Assembly: GCA_026414805.1 (NCBI GenBank)
Contig: JAOAIH010000003.1
Span: 26,314-90,313, forward strand
DNA length: 64,000 bases
Reading direction: 5' to 3'
Source of the DNA: Spirochaetota bacterium
Lineage (GTDB): Bacteria > Spirochaetota > UBA4802 > UB4802
Positions 58,817-64,000 of this stretch are shown piece by piece. The notes under the pieces were generated by a model. That model saw only the letters and a list, made by a program, of their open reading frames with translations. It ran no database searches and was not told the origin of the DNA. Position 1 is the first letter of the stretch, and each line of letters begins with the position of its first letter. A program made the translations under genes and the position numbers.

Positions 58817-59980
58817 ATGAATAATAATGTTATGACTACTAACACTAACATAAACACCAATACTAACACAAACGCCAGTTCAGATAATCAGGCTGCTATA
58901 TATACAAGAACAAAATTAAAGCTATCGATTGTGCATATGACACTGGAACTGGTACTATTAGGCATTGGTGCCTTTACCATTTCTGAGCCATTATACCAGT
59001 TACTATCGCCGCTAATACAAAATGAATATCTATTACTTTTAGCATTTTTTACTGGCTTTGGTGCGTTATTATCAGTTTTTCTTTTTCCTCTTGAATTTTA
59101 TCAAAGTTATATTGTGGAACATAAATTTGGGCTTTCAAATCAGACGATTACTAGTTGGTTCATCGAGGAATTAAAATCATTGCTTGTTTCAGCAATAATT
59201 GGTCTTCCACTTGTGTTATTGTTTTACTATTTCATTAAAGCAACACCTCTTTGGTGGTTATATTTTGCTATTGTAGTTTTTGTAGTTGCCATAATGCTGG
59301 CAAAAATTGCTCCAGTTATAATTTTCCCGCTATTTTATAAATTCACACCTATTGATAATGAAGAATTAAAAAACACATTAACTCAATTAATGAACAAACA
59401 TGGATTACGTGTTTCTGGGATTTTTGTGTTTAATATGAGTAAGGATACCAAAAAAGCAAATGCAGCATTCACAGGGTTGGGTAAAACTCGAAGAATAATA
59501 TTAAGCGATACAATGCTAAATGAATTTAGCTTAAGCGAAATAAAAACAGTATTTGCACATGAACTTGGACATTATGTGCATAAACATATAGTTAAGAATA
59601 TAATGTTAAGTGGAATCATAATTATTGTTTTATTTTATGTATGTTCGTATTTGTATGAAATAACATTGCACAGTGCTGGTTATTCACACAGATATGATAT
59701 ACAGGCCATGCCAATACTTGCTTTTTATCTTTCTGTTTTAAGCTTATTGCTTATGCCGCTCCTCAATACCCTTTCGCGGTATTATGAAAAACAGGCAGAC
59801 AAATATGCACTCAAAATAACTGATGATCCTGAATCGTTTATTTCAACAATGGAAAAGCTTGCTGCCATGAATCTTTCGCAAAAGGAGCAACATCCAGTGA
59901 TAGAATTCTTCCTTTATAGCCATCCAACAATTGCCAAACGGATTGCATTAGCAAAGAACTACAGGTTGATCTCTGCGTGA
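58817..59980 (+). CDS. M48-family (Ste24-like) membrane metalloprotease
   Basis: ANAAFTGLG, AHELGH, SRYYEKQAD, HP; exact start uncertain (ORF track gives a TTG at 58805). Confidence 0.9.
   Translation: MNNNVMTTNTNINTNTNTNASSDNQAAIYTRTKLKLSIVHMTLELVLLGIGAFTISEPLYQLLSPLIQNEYLLLLAFFTGFGALLSVFLFPLEFYQSYIVEHKFGLSNQTITSWFIEELKSLLVSAIIGLPLVLLFYYFIKATPLWWLYFAIVVFVVAIMLAKIAPVIIFPLFYKFTPIDNEELKNTLTQLMNKHGLRVSGIFVFNMSKDTKKANAAFTGLGKTRRIILSDTMLNEFSLSEIKTVFAHELGHYVHKHIVKNIMLSGIIIIVLFYVCSYLYEITLHSAGYSHRYDIQAMPILAFYLSVLSLLLMPLLNTLSRYYEKQADKYALKITDDPESFISTMEKLAAMNLSQKEQHPVIEFFLYSHPTIAKRIALAKNYRLISA
58838..58873 (+). repeat. Degenerate hexamer tandem repeat encoding (T/I)N x6
   Basis: ACTAAC ACTAAC ATAAAC ACCAAT ACTAAC ACAAAC. 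Confidence 0.7.
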
Positions 59981-60979
59981 TTGTATTGTTCCAATGATAT
60001 ATGCGTGTTCGCCGTGTTGAGTAAGGATCTTTATAAGTGTCTCGGCTTCATTTTGTGCTACAACACACATCATGCCTACACCCATATTAAATGTTGTGAA
60101 CATTTCCTTTTCTTCAATTTTTCCTTCACGTTGTAGTATTTGAAATATTGGTGGAACAGGAAATGATTTTTTTTCAATATATGCAGCAGTATTGTGTGGC
60201 AATATACGGGGGATATTCTCGTAGAAACCCCCGCCAGTAATATGAACCAGCCCCTTAATAGTAACTGTCTCCAATGCTTTTAAAATTGGTTTTACGTAAA
60301 TTCGTGTTGGTTCTAGCAAAACTTCGCCTAATGGTTTGGGGAGGTCATCAAATTTTGTTGTGATGGTATATTTTTTTATATCAAAAAGTAATTTGCGTAC
60401 AAGAGAATAGCCATTGGAATGAATCCCGGATGAAGCGACGCCTATAATCACGTCGCCAGGTTGAATTGTGCTCCCATTGATGATACGCTGCTTGTCAACC
60501 ACACCAACGCTAAAACCCGCTATATCGTAATCGTCTGGTTGCATAACGTTAGGGTGTTCAGCAGTTTCGCCACCTATGAGGGCACAATCTGCCATTTTGC
60601 AGCCTGTGGCAATGCCAGTAATTACATCAACAAGCACATCTTCGTGAAGCTTGCCACATGCCAAGTAATCCAGGAAAAATAATGGTTTTGCACCTGTAAC
60701 TACAATATCATTTACACACATTGCAACGGCATCAATGCCAATGGTTGTATGTATGTTCATCATTTGCGCAATTTTTAATTTTGTTCCAACTCCATCGGTA
60801 CTGGATACCAGTACTGGTTCATTATATTGTTTAAATGTGGCATCAAACAGCGCTGCAAATCCACCAATATCAGTTAAAACTTCTTTTGTAAAAGTATCCT
60901 TTACTATTGTGCTTATTCTTTTTACAAACCTGTTGCCACCTTCAACATCAACCCCTGAATCTTTATATGTTATACCCAT
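59948..60979 (-). CDS. purM: Phosphoribosylformylglycinamidine cyclo-ligase
   Basis: YKDSGVD, DGVGTK, GGETAEHP, SSGIHSNGYSL, HITGGG, FNMG. Confidence 0.97.
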   Translation of the reverse strand: MGITYKDSGVDVEGGNRFVKRISTIVKDTFTKEVLTDIGGFAALFDATFKQYNEPVLVSSTDGVGTKLKIAQMMNIHTTIGIDAVAMCVNDIVVTGAKPLFFLDYLACGKLHEDVLVDVITGIATGCKMADCALIGGETAEHPNVMQPDDYDIAGFSVGVVDKQRIINGSTIQPGDVIIGVASSGIHSNGYSLVRKLLFDIKKYTITTKFDDLPKPLGEVLLEPTRIYVKPILKALETVTIKGLVHITGGGFYENIPRILPHNTAAYIEKKSFPVPPIFQILQREGKIEEKEMFTTFNMGVGMMCVVAQNEAETLIKILTQHGEHAYIIGTIQSRRDQPVVLC

Positions 60980-61288
60980 AATGACCTCTTTATGCTTTAA
61001 TGAAAAATATTGAATGGTTAATTATGATTGGTGAATTCTAAATGGTAAATCATCATTTTTAATGATTATTAAAAAAAATTGCCATATTTGGTATTTTACC
61101 TCTTGCATGATAATTGAAGAATAAATATTGCTAAAATCAGTTAAGGCAATTTGTCAATAAAGAAAAATTATAAAACATACAGATAGTTATTAAAAATGTT
61201 TTTTAAGGAAAAAAGCCAAATTATACATAATTTTATATATAATTTATTGCTTGCAATTAAATCATAGATATTATCATATTGTAATATA

Positions 61289-61320
61289 ATGTGACACAAT
61301 ATTTAATTGCTGAGTCACAT
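61289..61320. promoter_or_regulatory. Inverted repeat upstream of the acyl-CoA synthetase
   Basis: ATGTGAC-N18-GTCACAT directly after a TATAAT. Confidence 0.35.
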
Positions 61321-61416
61321 AAAATTGAAATAAGTTATGTGGGGATAAAGAGTATGTAGTAAACTATACTCCTATGACCCAATAACGTATATAATTGCAA
61401 TAGGGGGAGGTTTTGT

Positions 61417-63123
61417 ATGAAAGATGCTAAAAAAGATCAGTTATGTTTGGAAAGATATAAAGAATTGCTTCCAAATCTTGCAGATTATGTTGCCTTATAT
61501 GCCAAAAAAAAGCCAAAGGAGATAGCTATTATTGAACATAATACTGGCGAAAAGGTAACCTGGAAGCAATTTAATACATCAGTGTCGGCCTTTGCTGCAA
61601 AGCTACTTTCAATTGGATTGAAAAAAGGCGATATAGTGGCAACCAGCCTGCCTTTGCTAAAAGAACACATCTATTTGATGTATGCATGTTACCGTATTGG
61701 CGTTATTGTGGCTCCACTGGATTTGAGGCTTAAAACAAAAGAAATTCAATACTGCTTGGATAGAATGAAGCCCAAGGCTTATTTTTTCCTTGGCAAAACT
61801 CCTGTTGCAGATTTCAGACCAATGATATCAGAAGTAATGAAATCATCTCCATATGTACAGTACTGGGTTCAGTTTCAAAAAGAACCAGAATTTATTATGG
61901 ATGGGGCTGTTGGCATTACTGAATTTGTAAAAGATATTAAAAAGGTATTTATAAAGAGTTTGTTGACGGGAAGCGTTAAGAAAGCCCGCAAAAAAGTAGA
62001 TAAACGCGATGCATGTTTAATAATTTTTACAACAGGTTCTACAGGTTCGCCCAAACCTGCATTGCTGTGTCATGAAGGTATACTTGTACAGAACATTGGT
62101 TTGGCTGTTGGGTTTGAATTGCAGGAAAGTGATAGATTCCTGGTTAACCTACCACCTTCACATGTTGGATGTACTACTGAACAGTTAGCCACTACTATTT
62201 ATGGGGGAGGTACTTCGGTAATTTTGCATATTTTTGATCCTAAATTAAGCCTTGAAGCTATACAGGCTCACAAGGTTACTTGCATTGGACAGATCCCAGC
62301 CTTGTTTAACATGGAATGGCTGTTGCCAAATTATAAGGATTATGATTTATCAAGTTTGCGATTTGCTATCTATGGCGGACAGGCAGTTTCAAGGGAATTC
62401 CTTGTAAAAATGAAGTCTATGGCACCGCGGATTGGTACAGGCTTGGGTCTAACGGAAACTTCAGGATTCTGTACATACACTGATGTAAATGCTGATGTTG
62501 ATGAGATAGCTCAGGGAATTGGTTATGATATGCCGCTGTGTCCAATTAGCATACGAGAACCCATGAATGCTGATGGTTCTGCAGGAAGAGAAAAAGCAAA
62601 AGGCGAGATTGGTGAGATTTGTTTCAGTGGGCCGCAGATTTTTTTGGGCTATCTTAACGACCCTGAAAACACCAGAAAGACGATCTCAAAAGAAGGCATA
62701 TGCTATACCGGCGATTTAGGATACTATGATGAAAAAGGATTACATTTTGCAGGCAGGTCAAAGCTTGTTATTAAACCCAAAGGCTATCAGGTATATCCTG
62801 ACGACGTTGAGCACCATATTAGTGAAAAGCTGAAAGGCAAAGTGAATATGGTTGCTGTTGTAGGTGCCGAGCATGATATATATTCTGAAGCTATTATTGC
62901 ATTTGTTGAACCTCTGCAGGGTGTGGAAGTAACACCTGAAGATGTGATGAAGGCATGTGAAGATATATCAGCATATTCAAGACCTTCACACGTTGAAATT
63001 GTCAAACCAGGGCAGTTTCCTCTGAACAGGGTTGCAAAGACTGACTATGTATTATTAAAAGAAGAAGCAAAAAAGATAGTAGAAAGATTGCGCAGTGAAG
63101 GAAAATGGGATAAAGCAAAATAG
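61417..63123 (+). CDS. Acyl-CoA synthetase (AMP-forming, class I adenylate-forming enzyme)
   Basis: IFTTGSTGSPK, GLGLTET, YTGDLG, GRSK..IKPKGYQVYP. Confidence 0.9.
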   Translation: MKDAKKDQLCLERYKELLPNLADYVALYAKKKPKEIAIIEHNTGEKVTWKQFNTSVSAFAAKLLSIGLKKGDIVATSLPLLKEHIYLMYACYRIGVIVAPLDLRLKTKEIQYCLDRMKPKAYFFLGKTPVADFRPMISEVMKSSPYVQYWVQFQKEPEFIMDGAVGITEFVKDIKKVFIKSLLTGSVKKARKKVDKRDACLIIFTTGSTGSPKPALLCHEGILVQNIGLAVGFELQESDRFLVNLPPSHVGCTTEQLATTIYGGGTSVILHIFDPKLSLEAIQAHKVTCIGQIPALFNMEWLLPNYKDYDLSSLRFAIYGGQAVSREFLVKMKSMAPRIGTGLGLTETSGFCTYTDVNADVDEIAQGIGYDMPLCPISIREPMNADGSAGREKAKGEIGEICFSGPQIFLGYLNDPENTRKTISKEGICYTGDLGYYDEKGLHFAGRSKLVIKPKGYQVYPDDVEHHISEKLKGKVNMVAVVGAEHDIYSEAIIAFVEPLQGVEVTPEDVMKACEDISAYSRPSHVEIVKPGQFPLNRVAKTDYVLLKEEAKKIVERLRSEGKWDKAK

Positions 63124-63188
63124 TAATAATTAGTTTGGGATTTTGTAAATGAGCATTTTATTGTAGTTAGAATGTTGCATTTAGCTAC

Positions 63189-63338
63189 AGGGACTGTCTA
63201 GAAAATGCTTACATGATAAATTTTGTAAAGATTTAATTTGGTATTGTGCTCGTTGTAATACAAAGTGTTAAATATTTGGCACACTTACCTAAGTAGGCAT
63301 ACCATAATTTATTTGGAAACCACTTTTTAGACAGCCCT
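63189..63338. mobile_element. MITE-like element or IS remnant bounded by imperfect inverted repeats
   Basis: AGGGACTGTCTAGAAAATG ... CACTTTTTAGACAGCCCT, about 150 bp, no coding capacity. Confidence 0.4.
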
Positions 63339-63453
63339 TTTTTAATCCTTTTTTTAATTTTCCCAAGAAAAACGGTTGCAAAATATTTTTAAATATATAC
63401 TATATTATTACAACTGAACTTTTTTAAAATCTTTACACGGGTTATAATGTATT

Positions 63454-63993
63454 ATGGAACGTGCTGATATATGGTATTGTACGGATAATGACAAAGGCAA
63501 AGAAATCTTTGCTGCATTAAAGATATTGGGATTAAATATAACGCTTATTGAAAGCAGAAACTTTTCCTCGTGCAACATTGTTCCTTCACGGATAAATATA
63601 TTCATAATAGATCTAATTAATAGTGATATTCCAGAAATTTTGGCAATGATCCGAAAGGATGAGCGAATCCATAAATTTTTAAAATATCTTGTGTTATATA
63701 AAAAACAAATTCGCAAAGCTTCTCATCTTGCCTCAGATTTAATGCATCTTGAAATTTTATCACGTCCATTGCAAAAACGTGAATTTTCATTATTATTGGA
63801 AAAATCAATTATTGTAGAACGCTATAAAGAAATGCTACATATGTTTTCACATGAGGCTACAGAAAGAATGGAAACTTATTCCAATTTACTTGATATCAAT
63901 AGAAAAGAATCTTTTTTTGATGAAAAAGAAAAGAATATTTTTGAAAAAACTTCTTATTTTATGAATAAAATTAAAACGCAACTCCAATATTGA
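63454..63993 (+). CDS. Hypothetical protein with a degenerate receiver-like N-terminus
   Basis: NIFIIDL and ILSRPL (xxKP-like) followed by a helical region; family inferred. Confidence 0.5.
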   Translation: MERADIWYCTDNDKGKEIFAALKILGLNITLIESRNFSSCNIVPSRINIFIIDLINSDIPEILAMIRKDERIHKFLKYLVLYKKQIRKASHLASDLMHLEILSRPLQKREFSLLLEKSIIVERYKEMLHMFSHEATERMETYSNLLDINRKESFFDEKEKNIFEKTSYFMNKIKTQLQY

Positions 63994-64000
63994 GACCCAA

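Noticed and set aside
1-64000. CRISPR arrays, tRNA/rRNA genes, transposases, prophage genes, selenocysteine read-through
   Set aside because: No regularly spaced repeats, cloverleaf-like GC-rich intergenic segments, transposase or phage motifs, or interrupted redox genes were seen by eye; tRNAscan and Infernal were not run.

Overview
An AT-rich, gene-dense bacterial chromosome segment. Spirochaete-style lipoboxes, a large cNMP-domain protein, a 7TM-SpoIIE phosphatase and a flagellar rod gene suggest an anaerobic free-living member of Spirochaetota; this taxonomy is inferred. Most of the window is housekeeping: queC, folD, metH, plsC, def-fmt, hisC, pyrD, nifU-nifS, murA, ald, purM and an acyl-CoA synthetase. 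Two respiratory loci stand out. The first is a qrcABCD-like membrane complex (7.1-11.8 kb). The second is a 9-kb divergent sulfur cluster (28.8-37.8 kb), with dsrE2-tusA-narI/dsrM-like-hdrD/dsrK-like genes on the minus strand and psrABC-yeeE-yeeE-rhodanese on the plus strand. The rhodanese has lost its active-site Cys but carries a C-terminal Cys on a flexible arm. This cluster is the best candidate for an under-described system. Other items: an rtcB-archease pair, a standalone copy of an adenylate-cyclase-type TPR tail, two dispersed paralogs of an unknown family, a repeated 17-bp intergenic motif, a MITE-like inverted repeat and a probably decayed gene. I saw no rRNA, tRNA, CRISPR array, transposase or phage genes. 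All family assignments come from motif recognition by eye, not from database searches.
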